Assembly: GCA_017994915.1 (NCBI GenBank)
Contig: JAGOJX010000002.1
Coordinates: 851 to 64,850 of the forward strand
Length of the DNA: 64,000 nucleotides
Direction of reading: 5' to 3'
From: Methanoculleus sp.
Lineage (GTDB): Archaea > Halobacteriota > Methanomicrobia > Methanomicrobiales > Methanoculleaceae
The position numbers and the translations under genes are program-made. The notes beneath the pieces are model-generated. The model saw nothing but the letters and a program-made list of their open reading frames with translations, had not been told where the DNA came from and ran no database searches. The first letter of the stretch is position 1. Every line of letters begins with the position of its first letter. This document shows, piece by piece, positions 29,255-40,420 of the stretch.

Positions 29255-30298
29255 TCAGAGCGCGGGTTTCCCCTTCAGCGCCTCGGCAAGGAGCCGGACG
29301 CCCGCCTCGATATCGGCGATATCGACCACCTCGACCGGCGAGTGGATGTAGCGGGTCGCAATCGAGAGCGGTATGCTCGGTATGCCGCCCCGCTCCAGGT
29401 GGATGATCGTCGCGTCGGTGTTGCCGCCGGTCCCGACCTCGAGCTGGCAGGGGATGTTGTTCTTCTCCGCGGTCTCCCTGAGCCACGCGGTCATCCGGGG
29501 ATTGGCCATCAGCCCGCGCCCGCTCGCGCTGACGAGGACCAGGACCGGGCCTTTTCCCATCTCGACGCTCGCATCGCGCTTCTCGATCCCGGGGTGGTCG
29601 CCGGGGATGGTGACGTCGGTCGCTATCGCACAGTCGGGGTTTAAGGTGTAGGCGCTCACCTTCGCTCCTTTGAGCCCCAGCTCCTCCTGGACCGTGAAGA
29701 CGGCGTAGACCGTGTGGGGCGACGTCATCTGCTGCAGAGCCCGGATGAGCATCGCGACACCGACCCGGTTGTCGAGCGCCTTTCCCGTGACGCGGTTGCC
29801 GGCAAGCTCCGTGTACTCGCGGTCGATGGTGATCGGGGTGCCGATCTCGATGCCGAGGTCCGCCACATCTCCCGCGGAGGCAGCGCCCACGTCGATGAAC
29901 ATATCCTCGATCTTGATCTCCTTCTTGCGCTCCTCGTCTTTCATGACGTGCGGGGGTTTTGCGCCGATGACGCCCTTCACCGGCCCCTTCGTGCCGTGCA
30001 GAACCACCCGCTGGCAGTAGAGCACCGGCCCGAACCATCCCCCGAGGGGGACGACCCGGATGAACCCTTTCTCGTCGATGTACTGGACCATCAGGCCGAT
30101 CTCGTCCATGTGGGCGGCGAGCATGATGGAAAAGCCGTCGCCGCGCTTCGTGGCGATAAGGTTCCCCATCGTGTCCTCGGTGATCTCGTCGACCACGCCG
30201 GCAAGCTCCGCCCTGACGATATCGCGGATGTTCCCTTCCCTGCTCGTGACGCCGTGAGCGTCCGATAACTTCCTGAGTAACTCTTTGACCATGCTCAA
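29255..30298 (-). CDS. M42 (TET) aminopeptidase
   Basis: AAHMDEIG, ALDNRVG, VQEELG, GNTDA, RYIHSP. Confidence 0.95.
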   Translation of the reverse strand: MSMVKELLRKLSDAHGVTSREGNIRDIVRAELAGVVDEITEDTMGNLIATKRGDGFSIMLAAHMDEIGLMVQYIDEKGFIRVVPLGGWFGPVLYCQRVVLHGTKGPVKGVIGAKPPHVMKDEERKKEIKIEDMFIDVGAASAGDVADLGIEIGTPITIDREYTELAGNRVTGKALDNRVGVAMLIRALQQMTSPHTVYAVFTVQEELGLKGAKVSAYTLNPDCAIATDVTIPGDHPGIEKRDASVEMGKGPVLVLVSASGRGLMANPRMTAWLRETAEKNNIPCQLEVGTGGNTDATIIHLERGGIPSIPLSIATRYIHSPVEVVDIADIEAGVRLLAEALKGKPAL

Positions 30299-30299
30299 C

Positions 30300-31406
30300 T
30301 CACTCCATCAGCGTCCCGATCCTCCCGACCGCCCGCGAGAGGTTCTCCTGAGCGGTCGCGTAGCTGAAGCGTGCATGGTCGGGCGCCCGCGTGCCGAACG
30401 CCGCGCCCGGCACGATGATGACACCTGCTTCGACGGCCCGCTGGATAAGGGTCTGGCCCATCGGAACAAACATGTAGAACGCTCCCTCCGGCCGGGGAAA
30501 ATCAAACCCGAGGCCCGTAAGACCCGCATACAGGAGATCCCGCCGCGCGCGGTACTCCTCCCGCATCCGCGCGACCGCGCTCTGGTCGCCGGTGTAGGCG
30601 GCGAGCGCGGCATACTGCGCGATCGACGTCGCGCACGCCTGGGCGTACTGGTGTATCTTGAGACACTCGGGTATGTAGTCCTCCGGCGCCGCAAGGAAGC
30701 CGACCCGCCAGCCGGTCATGGCGTAGGTCTTGCTCGCGGCGTTGATGGTGATGACGTCCTCGCCGAAACGGGCCGCGCTGACGTGTTTCTTCTCGTAGAT
30801 GAAGTGCTCGTAGACCTCGTCGGAGACGACGGTGACACCCCGGTCGCCCGCGTACTCGACCAGGGCGCGGACCGACTCCTCGCTCTCGACGGCGCCCGTC
30901 GGGTTTCCCGGCGTGTTCAGGACAAAGAGCCGGGCTCCGTCCATCTGCTCCTTTGCCCGCTCGACGTCGATATGCAGGGTTGCATCGAGCCCGATACCTT
31001 CGGGCCGCCCGCCGGCAAACGTCGCAAGGGCGGCGTAGGAGACGAACCCGGGGTCCGCGAAGAGGACGCGGTCGCCCGGGTTCACGAGCGCCTGCATGAC
31101 GAGGTGGAGCGCCTCGCTCCCCCCCGCCGTGACCAGGATCTGCTCCGGCCGGTACACGAGATCGTTTTCGCGGGCGAACTTACCGCAGATCGCCTCACGG
31201 AGTTCGGGGATACCCGCGTTCGGCGTATACCCCGTCTTTCCCGCCCTGATGGCGGCAATCGCCGCCTCCTTGATGTGGCCGGGCGTATCGAAGTCCGGCT
31301 GCCCGATGCCGAGGTTGATCGCGTTCGGCCCCCCGGCGTCGAAGAGTTTCCGGATCCCCGACATCTCCACCGACCGGACCCGGTCGGCATACCTGTGCGT
31401 GTTCAT
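30300..31406 (-). CDS. Class I/II PLP-dependent (aspartate-type) aminotransferase
   Basis: LGIGQPDF, NTPGNPTG, SDEVYE, SKTYAMTGWRVG. Confidence 0.93.
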   Translation of the reverse strand: MNTHRYADRVRSVEMSGIRKLFDAGGPNAINLGIGQPDFDTPGHIKEAAIAAIRAGKTGYTPNAGIPELREAICGKFARENDLVYRPEQILVTAGGSEALHLVMQALVNPGDRVLFADPGFVSYAALATFAGGRPEGIGLDATLHIDVERAKEQMDGARLFVLNTPGNPTGAVESEESVRALVEYAGDRGVTVVSDEVYEHFIYEKKHVSAARFGEDVITINAASKTYAMTGWRVGFLAAPEDYIPECLKIHQYAQACATSIAQYAALAAYTGDQSAVARMREEYRARRDLLYAGLTGLGFDFPRPEGAFYMFVPMGQTLIQRAVEAGVIIVPGAAFGTRAPDHARFSYATAQENLSRAVGRIGTLME

Positions 31407-31414
31407 ACCGTTCC

Positions 31415-32014
31415 TCACTCGATGTTTGCGTGCCGGCACTGGAGGTCTTCGGGCCGGCACTGGGTGATCTCCATGAGATGGGATATAATGGCATCTGCAA
31501 AGACCATGGCGGTCGTCTCGAATATGGTGCCGAGCGGTGCGAACGATTTGTGTTCGCCCATCATCTGCCGGATCTCGAACTCCGCCGACTCGTCGGCCAC
31601 CTTATCCCGCTGGCTCTCGATGACGACGACGCAGCTTGCGATGCGCCCGATGCGGGAGTCTTTCTTTGAGGTGATGAGGCAGACCCTCCCACCGATCTCC
31701 TTTGCCGTCTCGGATATGTCTGCAACCGTCTTTGTCGCGCCGGACCCGGAGAAGACGATGATGACGTCTCCCGGCTTCATGGCCGGGGTCACGGTCTCCC
31801 CGACGACGAACGCCGAGAGCCCGAGGTGCATCAAGCGCATGGCGAACGATTTTGCAACCAGGCCGGAACGCCCGGCGCCCATGGTGTAGATGCGGTTTGC
31901 ATTCAAGATCTCGTTTAAGAGCGCATCGATCTGGTCATCGGACATCACGTCCGCGATGGTCCTGATCTTGGTCGCCATCAGCCGCATCATATTCTTAACC
32001 GGGTGATCTGTCAT
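31415..32014 (-). CDS. hxlB: 6-phospho-3-hexuloisomerase (SIS domain)
   Basis: GAGRSGL, FAMRLMHLG, SGSGAT, APLGTIFE, RHANIE. Confidence 0.93.
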   Translation of the reverse strand: MTDHPVKNMMRLMATKIRTIADVMSDDQIDALLNEILNANRIYTMGAGRSGLVAKSFAMRLMHLGLSAFVVGETVTPAMKPGDVIIVFSGSGATKTVADISETAKEIGGRVCLITSKKDSRIGRIASCVVVIESQRDKVADESAEFEIRQMMGEHKSFAPLGTIFETTAMVFADAIISHLMEITQCRPEDLQCRHANIE

Positions 32015-32527
32015 CGTAGCTCCTCTGATAGGTTTCACGAGATCATACATTAGAATATCCCAGAGGCCCCGGTATGGGGGCGATTTCCGGGGAGTGCAGG
32101 GGCCCGGGGAGGGGGGAGGGGCATTGATGAAAAGTCATACCTGATAGAATTTTTCCCCGCAGCAGGAGGCGGGCGGTTTCCAGGGCCGGAGGATCGCAAT
32201 TATATCGCTTGAATGGCCGAAATGCCGGCATAAAACCTGCATCTCCCGCCTGATCCGTCTCCCGTAACCGCGCCTTCCGGCGAAAAGGCTATCATCGATG
32301 ATTGAGAAATATACAAAGTCCAGCACGGCACCCTGATCATAACGGGAGCAGAAATACTGCATGATTCCATTTTCATGGTAGTATTCTCTGATTACGTCTC
32401 CCCTGGGTGCCGATGTCGATAAATATCCCTCCATCTGGAGCGGATCGGTGATAGCGCGGGTTCGCCGCCCCCTGCATCGTTATGCGGGAGGGCGCGGGGC
32501 CCGGGGGATACCAGCGGGTGAGAGAAG

Positions 32528-35143
32528 ATGGCAGGGCAGGAAGGGCGTTCGGACGAAGAGATCGCCGATCTCCTCGATGAGAACGTGCGGGAATGGTGCA
32601 GGCGACAGCTCGACGGGCGGTTCACGCCGCCGCAGAGGATGGCGGTCCCGCTCATCCACGATAACCGGAACGTCCTCATATGCTCCCCGACCGGGTCGGG
32701 AAAGACCCTCGCGGCGTTCCTTGCTATCATCGACGACCTCGTGGTCCGGGCACGAGCCGGAGATCTCGAGGATACCGTATATTGCCTCTACATATCGCCG
32801 CTCAAGTCGCTTGCAAACGATATCCACAAGAACCTCAGCCTGCCGCTTCAGGGAATAGAGGCGATCGCACGGGAGCGGGGGGTCCGGCACACCCCTATCC
32901 GGCACGCCGTCCGCCACGGTGACACCCCCAAGGCAGAAAAGGCGAAGATGGCGCGAAAACCGCCGCATATACTCAACATCACCCCCGAGACGCTCGGTAT
33001 CCTCCTGAACTCACCGAAGTTCCGCGAGAGCCTCCGGACGGTCCGGTGGGTCGTCATCGACGAGATCCACTCCCTCGCGGGTTCGAAGCGCGGCGTCCAC
33101 CTCTCGGTGAGCCTTGAGCGCCTCGAAGACCTGGTGAAGGAGGCCGGCGGCGGATTTACCCGGATAGGGTGCTCGGCGACGATCGAACCCCTCGACGAGG
33201 TCGGCCGGTTCCTGGTCGGCGTCGGGCGCGAGGTCTCGATCGTCGATACCCGGTTTGCCCGGGAGTTCGACCTCTCCCTCATCTGCCCGGTCCCCGACCT
33301 TGCCGACACCACCCCCGAAGACCTCTCGCGGCACCTTTACTCGACGATCCACCGCCTCGTCGGGGAGCACGAGAACACGCTCATATTCACGAACACCCGG
33401 AACGGCGCCGAGCGGATCCTCCATAACCTCCGGGCCCGCTACCCGGAGTATTACACCGAAGAGAACACGGGGTGCCACCACGGTTCGATGGGGGCGGAAG
33501 GGAGGCTTGCCGTCGAGGAGAAACTCAAGGCCGGGAAGGTGAAGGCGGTGACGACGTCGACGTCGCTTGAGCTCGGTGTCGATATGCCCCACGTCGACCT
33601 CGTCCTCCAGGTCGGGTCCCCGAAGTCCGTGGCGGCGCTCCTCCAGCGGATAGGGCGCGCCGGGCACCGCCTCGGGGAGGTGGTGAAAGGGCGGATCGTC
33701 GTCCTCGACCGCGACGAGCTCGTCGAGTGCGCGGTGATGCTCCGCGAGGGGCAGAGGGGGTTTGTGGACCGCATCCACATACCGGAGAACTGCCTCGACG
33801 TCCTCGCGCAGCACGTCTTTGGTATGGCGCTCGATGGGAGCCGGCGGATCGATGAGATGCTTGCGGTCTTCCGCCGGTCCCACTGCTACAGGGACCTTGA
33901 GGAGGCCGACCTCGCAAGCGTCGTCCGCTACCTTGCGGGAGAGTATGCGGGGCTCGAGGAGCGGCACATATACGCGAAAATCTGGCACGATGCGGCGACC
34001 GGGACGGTTCGGAAGCGGGGGCGAAACGCCCGTATGATCTATTTCTTAAACTCCGGGACCATACCGGACGAGTTCTCCTGCGACGTCCTCACCCGTGACG
34101 GTGTGTTTGCCGGCAACCTGGACGAGAAGTATCTCGAGCGGATGAACAAGGGCGACGTCTTCGTCCTCGGGGGCCGGCGCTACCGGTTTGCCTACCGCCG
34201 GGGCGGAAAACTCTACGTCGACCCGACCGGCGACCGCCCCACGATACCGAGCTGGTTCTCGGAGAAACTCCCGCTCTCGTTCGACCTCGGTCTCCACGCC
34301 CTCCGGTTCAAGGAGGATATGCTTCGTGCGATGGAGGCGATGGGGACGGAGGACCTCGTCGACGCGCTCCTCTGCGAGTATCCGATCGACGAGAACAGCG
34401 CCCGGAGCATATGCGCGATCTTCGAGCAGCAGGTCTGTTATCTCGGAGAGGAGGCCGTCCCCACGCCGGGCCGGATCGTCGTCGAGGAGCAGGTCGACCG
34501 CGAGAACCGCCGCCGCCTCTACTTCTTCATGACCAACTACGGATTGCGGTTCAACGACGGATTCTCCCGTATCGTCGCCTTCCTGATTGCGCGGGACGTG
34601 ACGACGAACGTCTCGGTCGGTATCAGCGATACGGGGTTTCTGGTATCGATACCGCTTGAGAAGCGGGCCGACCCCATGCGCCTGCTCCGGGGTATCCGGG
34701 CGGGCGAGTGCCGGGATATACTCAAAGAGGCCGTCGGAGGGACGCAGCTTGAGAAACGGGTCTTCCGGATCAACGCGGCCCGGTCGTACATGATCCTCAG
34801 AAACTACAGCGGCAGAAAGAGGAGCGCCCGCCGCCAGCAGGTGAGCGCCGATATGCTGATATCGTTTGCAAAACGCCTTCCCGGGTTTGCCGTGATGCGG
34901 GAGACCTACCGCGAGGTGATCGAAGACCGGTTCGAGGTGGCAAACATCGAGAAGATCGTCGGGGAGATCGGCGCCGGCGAGATCGATATCGCCCTGACCC
35001 GGACGGCGTCGCCCAGCCCGCTCGCGTTCGGTATAGCGACGCTCGGCATCTCCGACGCGATATACGCGGAGGACCGGCTCTCGATCCTCCGCGAGTTCCA
35101 GAGGCGGGTGATGAGCAGCATCGGGAGCGGGGCGGCGGCATGA
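32528..35143 (+). CDS. lhr: Lhr-core ATP-dependent SF2 helicase
   Basis: SPTGSGKT, DEIH, SAT, HHGS, LELGVD, QRIGRAGH, GTIPDE, TIPSWFSE. Confidence 0.95.
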   Translation: MAGQEGRSDEEIADLLDENVREWCRRQLDGRFTPPQRMAVPLIHDNRNVLICSPTGSGKTLAAFLAIIDDLVVRARAGDLEDTVYCLYISPLKSLANDIHKNLSLPLQGIEAIARERGVRHTPIRHAVRHGDTPKAEKAKMARKPPHILNITPETLGILLNSPKFRESLRTVRWVVIDEIHSLAGSKRGVHLSVSLERLEDLVKEAGGGFTRIGCSATIEPLDEVGRFLVGVGREVSIVDTRFAREFDLSLICPVPDLADTTPEDLSRHLYSTIHRLVGEHENTLIFTNTRNGAERILHNLRARYPEYYTEENTGCHHGSMGAEGRLAVEEKLKAGKVKAVTTSTSLELGVDMPHVDLVLQVGSPKSVAALLQRIGRAGHRLGEVVKGRIVVLDRDELVECAVMLREGQRGFVDRIHIPENCLDVLAQHVFGMALDGSRRIDEMLAVFRRSHCYRDLEEADLASVVRYLAGEYAGLEERHIYAKIWHDAATGTVRKRGRNARMIYFLNSGTIPDEFSCDVLTRDGVFAGNLDEKYLERMNKGDVFVLGGRRYRFAYRRGGKLYVDPTGDRPTIPSWFSEKLPLSFDLGLHALRFKEDMLRAMEAMGTEDLVDALLCEYPIDENSARSICAIFEQQVCYLGEEAVPTPGRIVVEEQVDRENRRRLYFFMTNYGLRFNDGFSRIVAFLIARDVTTNVSVGISDTGFLVSIPLEKRADPMRLLRGIRAGECRDILKEAVGGTQLEKRVFRINAARSYMILRNYSGRKRSARRQQVSADMLISFAKRLPGFAVMRETYREVIEDRFEVANIEKIVGEIGAGEIDIALTRTASPSPLAFGIATLGISDAIYAEDRLSILREFQRRVMSSIGSGAAA

Positions 35144-35856
35144 GCGCGGTCAGCGAGGCCGACCTCCTCTCCCGGTTCGGGTTCTACAGGAGCGCTCTCT
35201 ACATCCGGGATATCGACACCTGCGTCGCCTCCGATATCCACATCGGGCTTGCCGAGACGCTCTACCGGCAGGGGCTCCACTTCCCGCTTCACGAAGAGGA
35301 GACGCTGATCGAGCGGTTCGAGGCGATACTCGACCGGTTCAACCCGGCGGTCTTCGTCTTCGACGGGGATATATTCCACGCCTTCGACCGGGTGAGTCGG
35401 AGCGTCGTGGAGACGTTCGAGGCGATCCTTGCGACCCTCCGCTCGGAGTGCGAGGTCGTCCTCGTCACGGGATCGCACGACACGATGCTTCCTGCGGTTG
35501 CGGGGGGGACGGTCGAGCGCTACGACCGCGGCGGCTACACGGTGGTCCACGGCGACCGGCCGGTCGGAGACCACGGGACGCTCGTCATCGGCCACGATCA
35601 CCCGGCGATCGAGATCGATATGGCCCGGTTCCCCTGTTTCCTCTATGGGGAGGGTGTTTTCGGGGGGAAAGACCTCGTCGTGATGCCGGCGTATAACCCG
35701 CTCTCCCCCGGCGTCACGATCAACCACATGCAGCGCCGGGACTTCCTCTCGCCCATCCTCCGCCGCGTAGATGCAGGGAGCCTCCAGCCGGTGGTGGAGG
35801 TCGACGGCGAGACGGTGGTCCTCCCGCCGCTTGCGGGCATCCGGCGATTTGCGTGA
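35140..35856 (+). CDS. Lhr-associated metallophosphoesterase
   Basis: SDIHIG, GDIFH, GSHD, VHGD, GHDHP, MPAYN; ATGA overlap with lhr. Confidence 0.9.
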   Translation: MSAVSEADLLSRFGFYRSALYIRDIDTCVASDIHIGLAETLYRQGLHFPLHEEETLIERFEAILDRFNPAVFVFDGDIFHAFDRVSRSVVETFEAILATLRSECEVVLVTGSHDTMLPAVAGGTVERYDRGGYTVVHGDRPVGDHGTLVIGHDHPAIEIDMARFPCFLYGEGVFGGKDLVVMPAYNPLSPGVTINHMQRRDFLSPILRRVDAGSLQPVVEVDGETVVLPPLAGIRRFA

Positions 35857-36114
35857 GGCGGTTCTCCGGCATCCATAGGGGGCTATACCGGATGAGGGGA
35901 GGACCCGGATCCCGGAGGGATGATCCGGGTTGCAAACGTCGCCGGCAGGGGGGCGCTTTCACGCCGGCCCCGACGATGGTTGCCGCTATCTCCGACCCCG
36001 TGATAAGATAGCCCTTCTCTATTCGTCAACGCTGCAATCTCGCGATGGGTGGCCATTGAGGGCGCCCTGATTCCACCTCCGGGATAAGGGTGAGGAGGCG
36101 GATGAGGTCAACGA

Positions 36115-36167
36115 CTACCGTTAACTACCGTAACAGCGAAAAGCGTTACGGTAGATGCGCTACCGTA
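36115..36167. promoter_or_regulatory. CTACCGT box cluster with a perfect 10-bp inverted repeat; putative operator
   Basis: CTACCGTAAC (36125) - N10 - GTTACGGTAG (36145), plus extra CTACCGT copies at 36115 and 36160. Confidence 0.4.
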
Positions 36168-36841
36168 TCATTTTTCGATGATTCGATACGATAAAAGCGG
36201 CCCCAGAATTAAAGGCCAATAGTAAAGTAAAGGCATGCCCTTGTCTGGTTTCGCCCCCTCCCCGGGGTACCCGGTGATACGGTAAACCGTTCACCCTTAT
36301 GGGAGGGACTTTTGGGATCAGGATAAGCCCGGATTATCCCTGCTATACTTCTGCCGATATGTTGTGCTGATACGGGTAGCGCTCCGGTATGGGTGCAGGG
36401 AGTGACCTCAGCCCGTGTACTCCCGCCTCCCCGGGTGCGTGCCGGGCGATACACCTTCCGGCCGATCGCAGGGGATTCATGGGGAAAGTTGTCGTTTGGG
36501 GGCTTTGCCGGAGGCAACGGTTCACGGTGCTCCTCGATCTGAACCATCCTCCCCGGCCGGCTGAGGGGACCCGTCCCCCGACTCCTCTCCCCCCGGGAGC
36601 GCACAGGAAATTTCAGTTTATAATATAATAATTTTGGAATAAATCACCGTAAAAGATATATATTTATGCTGCTATTCACCCTTTCACCGGCTACCTTATG
36701 ACCGGACTTTAAATAGGATTTCGCACTCCGTCTGCCGGGTGCCCACTGGAGCACCTGCTTTAGCGAGCCCTTCGTGCATACCGGAGGGTATGCACCGTGG
36801 TCTTTGCGGGCGGGGGTGGAGAAGAGACAAGGGAGAGGAAT

Positions 36842-39800
36842 ATGACAAAGGTTACACACCTGGCATTATTGTGCGCGTTTGTCGCCATCGGGCTGCTCAT
36901 ATCACCAGTTCTGGCTGTAGAGGCTGCGCCGGGGGAGCATATCTATCGCTACCTCGACCATGCGCAGGATCACCCCGATGTCGACGGCAACATGATCGTC
37001 TGGGAAGATGATAGGAACGGAGACAAGGACATCTACTTCGGTACGATAGACGGGTTCCGGGAAGCGCCCGGCTACACCGGCGAGAGGATAACGGCCGATC
37101 CTGCGAGGCAGGAGAGGCCGTCCATATCGGGCAACTACATCGTCTGGCAGGATAACCGGCACGGAAACCCTGATATCTACCTCTACGATCGCCTCAACGC
37201 GACCGAGACGCAGCTCACCACCTGCACAGGCAGGCAGTGGTTGCCTGCAATCTCCGGGAACTACGTTGCCTGGTACGACGATAGCAGCGGCAGGACAACC
37301 ATCGTCCTCTACGATATCGCCGGCAAGACGGTGAAGGACGTCATCGATTGCGATGCACGGACGACGATCCCCGGCGCATCGATCGAGTTCAAGCCCGCAC
37401 TCTCGGAGAAGTATGTCGCCTGGGTGGAAGACGAAGATGCGAGGGTCCGGTACTACGACATTGCGGCCGGCACAATCGCAGGCACGGTCTCCACGAGCAT
37501 GGCGGTCCAGTGCTGGCCCTCGCTCTCCGGGAGCCTCCTGGTCTGGGAAGATTACCGGGACGGCAACGCCGAGATCTACATGTTCGATCTCGATAACCCG
37601 TCCGGCAATGAGCAGCAGATCACCTCCGACGCCTCCGATCAGGTCGCGCCGGCGATCAGCGGCAGGATCATCGCCTGGGAGGACAATCGGGATAAGGGGC
37701 CGGATGAAACGGATGGACGCGGCATCTACCTGTACGATCTTGCATCCGGGAAAGAGCTGTCGGTAAAGCTACCGGATGAGAACTACGACGAGCACTTCTA
37801 CCCTGCCGTCAGTGGCAACACTGTTGTCTGGCAGCGGGGCGCGACCCCTAACTCAAACCTCTACATCTTCGTCTACGAACCGGACGTGCCGGTCGACCCG
37901 GCCCTGACGGACATCACGGTCACGCCATCCTCGGCCACGCTCATGGTCGGCGAGACGAAAGGGTTCGTGGCAACCGCTCTTGACCAGGACGGCAACGCCA
38001 TGCCCGGCATCGATATCGCCTGGTCGAGCAGCGACCCAATCGTCGGGGCGATCGATGATGACGGCGTCTTTACCGCCCTCGTTGCAGGTACGGCGACCGT
38101 CACTGCGGCATCAGGCGATATAGCCGGCACCGCGACCGTCACCGTCAGCGACGAAGAACCGGTGCTCACGGGCCTGAACGTCACGCCTCCCCGGGCCACC
38201 CTCGCAGCCGGCGATAGCCTGAAGTTCATCGTGACCGCCCGCGACCAGAACGGCAACGTCATGCCTGCGGGTGCTGTCGCCTGGACGAGCAGCGATCCGG
38301 CCGCCGGGACGATCGATGATGACGGCGTCTTTACCGCCCTCGCCGCGGGTACGGCGACCGTCACTGCGACATCGGGCGAGGTCGCCGCAACGGCGGCCGT
38401 CACCGTCATCGCTGCAGAACCGGAGTTTGGTATGGTTGTTCTCTCGCCGCCGGAGGTCACTCTCGAGACCGGCGACACCCTGCAGTTTGAGGCCGTCGCG
38501 TTCAACTCCTACGGCGAGACCGTGCCGGCCGCCGCCCTCACCTGGGCGAGCAGCGATCCGGCCGCCGGGACGATCGATGATGACGGCGTCTTTACCGCCC
38601 TTGCCGCGGGTACGACGACCGTCACTGCGGCATCAGGCGATATAGCCGGCACCGCGGTTGTCACGGTATCCTCCGATGAGCCGGTCCTCTCACGGATCGT
38701 CATCACGCCCCCGGCAATCACCCTGAACGCCGGTGATGAGGAGACGTTCGTCGCAACCGCCTACGACCAGCACGGCACCGCCATGCCTGCGGATGCTGTC
38801 GCCTGGGCGAGCAGCGATCCGGCCGCCGGCACCATCGATGACGGCGGGCTCTTCATCGCCCTTGATGCGGGCACGACGACCATCACCGCAACGGCCGACG
38901 GCATCACCGGAGCGGCGGACGTAACGGTCGTCCGGCCGGCCCCGGGCGTCGTCGTCTCCCCGCCGGCGATCACCCTGGACGAGGGAGAGACCTGGCTCTT
39001 CACCGCGACTCTCGTCGATCCGGAGGACGACGCTCTATTCTCCGGAGTGGTCGCCTGGTCGTCGCACGACGAGACCGTCGGCACGATCGACGAGGACGGG
39101 TTCTTTACCGCGCTCAGTGAGGGCGCCGTAACCATCACCGCGACGATCGACGGATCCGGAGAGATCGGGACCGCGGTCGTGACGGTCCGGCCGGCATCGG
39201 CGTTCCCGGCGCGAATCGCGATCAGCCCGTCTGACTTCACTATCGCCGCCGGGCAGGACCTGAGGCTCACCGCGACCGTGTATGATCAGTACGGCGACGA
39301 GATGCCGGGCGTAGCGGTGGCCTTTGAGAGCAGCGACCCGCATATCGGCACCATCGATGACTCCGGCCTCTTTGCCGCCCTCAAGGACGACAGTGTGGTC
39401 CTCACTGCAACGGCAGGCGATATATCCGGCTCCGCCCGCGTGACCGTTGAACCCTCCCTTGCAGTCCCGGCCACCATCGCAATCGAGCCTGCGAAGGCCG
39501 TGATTGCGCCCGGGGAGATCCGGGAGTTCGTCGCCACGGTCTTTGACCAGCGTGACGACGGGATGGACTGGGTCAGGGTCGCCTGGTCGTGCTCTGATGC
39601 AGCCATCGGCACCATCGACAGGGCCGGCCTCTTTACAGCATACATATGCGGGACGGCGGACGTGAAGGCCCGGGCCGGCGGCGTGGAGGAAATCGCGACG
39701 GTCAGCGTCACGACCGCACCGATCCCTGACGATCCCGGAAACAACGACGGATCGGCCGGTTGGAGCGGTAGCAGCGGCGGCGGGGACAGCGGTCCCGCCT

Positions 39801-40420
39801 TTGACGCAGGCATGGGCGAGAGCCTGATGCGCGGCGAGACGTTCACGTTCTCGGGCATCACCACATCATCGGTCGACAGCGTCGCCATCACGGCGGCAAA
39901 CAGCATCCCGAGGTTGATGGTGACCGTGAAAGGGACCACAGCGCCCTCTGCGGCGGTGCCCCCCGATGGTGACGTCTACGAGTACATCGAGATCACCCTC
40001 TACTGGGCAAACCCTGACGACATCGAGAGCGCGGTGATCGTCTTCACCATCCCCGTCGACTGGCTCCGCGAGCACGGCATGACACCGGAGGATGTCGGGC
40101 TCATGCGCTATGTCGGCGGCGTCTGGCAGCCCCTGGATACCGTCTTCCTCGGTGAGGAAGACGGGGCGTACCGCTTCCGCGCGACCACCCCCGGGTTCTC
40201 CACGTTTGCCATCGCTGCCGTGGCGCCGGAGAACACGACCGTAACGCCGGAGGCGACCGCCACGCCGGGAGGGGAGGCGAACACCACGATAAACGCGACT
40301 GCGGAACCGATGGCAACGGCGACCACCGTGCCGGTGACGACGGCGCCCGCGGCACCGCTCGTCTACGCACCCTTCCTTGCCCCGCTCGCCTTCCTCCTCT
40401 GGCGGAGAAGGAACCACTAA
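36842..40420 (+). CDS. Cell-surface protein: methanogen beta-propeller repeats, about 7 Ig-like (Big_2) repeats, PGF-pre-PGF domain and C-terminal anchor
   Basis: Signal peptide, PAISG..VWED.R.GN.DIY repeats, WxSSDPxxGTIDDDG repeats, ATTPGFSTFAI, T-rich linker, APLVYAPFLAPLAFLLWRRR. Confidence 0.9.
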   Translation: MTKVTHLALLCAFVAIGLLISPVLAVEAAPGEHIYRYLDHAQDHPDVDGNMIVWEDDRNGDKDIYFGTIDGFREAPGYTGERITADPARQERPSISGNYIVWQDNRHGNPDIYLYDRLNATETQLTTCTGRQWLPAISGNYVAWYDDSSGRTTIVLYDIAGKTVKDVIDCDARTTIPGASIEFKPALSEKYVAWVEDEDARVRYYDIAAGTIAGTVSTSMAVQCWPSLSGSLLVWEDYRDGNAEIYMFDLDNPSGNEQQITSDASDQVAPAISGRIIAWEDNRDKGPDETDGRGIYLYDLASGKELSVKLPDENYDEHFYPAVSGNTVVWQRGATPNSNLYIFVYEPDVPVDPALTDITVTPSSATLMVGETKGFVATALDQDGNAMPGIDIAWSSSDPIVGAIDDDGVFTALVAGTATVTAASGDIAGTATVTVSDEEPVLTGLNVTPPRATLAAGDSLKFIVTARDQNGNVMPAGAVAWTSSDPAAGTIDDDGVFTALAAGTATVTATSGEVAATAAVTVIAAEPEFGMVVLSPPEVTLETGDTLQFEAVAFNSYGETVPAAALTWASSDPAAGTIDDDGVFTALAAGTTTVTAASGDIAGTAVVTVSSDEPVLSRIVITPPAITLNAGDEETFVATAYDQHGTAMPADAVAWASSDPAAGTIDDGGLFIALDAGTTTITATADGITGAADVTVVRPAPGVVVSPPAITLDEGETWLFTATLVDPEDDALFSGVVAWSSHDETVGTIDEDGFFTALSEGAVTITATIDGSGEIGTAVVTVRPASAFPARIAISPSDFTIAAGQDLRLTATVYDQYGDEMPGVAVAFESSDPHIGTIDDSGLFAALKDDSVVLTATAGDISGSARVTVEPSLAVPATIAIEPAKAVIAPGEIREFVATVFDQRDDGMDWVRVAWSCSDAAIGTIDRAGLFTAYICGTADVKARAGGVEEIATVSVTTAPIPDDPGNNDGSAGWSGSSGGGDSGPAFDAGMGESLMRGETFTFSGITTSSVDSVAITAANSIPRLMVTVKGTTAPSAAVPPDGDVYEYIEITLYWANPDDIESAVIVFTIPVDWLREHGMTPEDVGLMRYVGGVWQPLDTVFLGEEDGAYRFRATTPGFSTFAIAAVAPENTTVTPEATATPGGEANTTINATAEPMATATTVPVTTAPAAPLVYAPFLAPLAFLLWRRRNH

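Noticed and set aside
32135-32434. 99-aa minus-strand ORF between hxlB and lhr
   Set aside because: No recognisable motif, atypical composition, and it lies in a probable divergent promoter region; cannot be supported.
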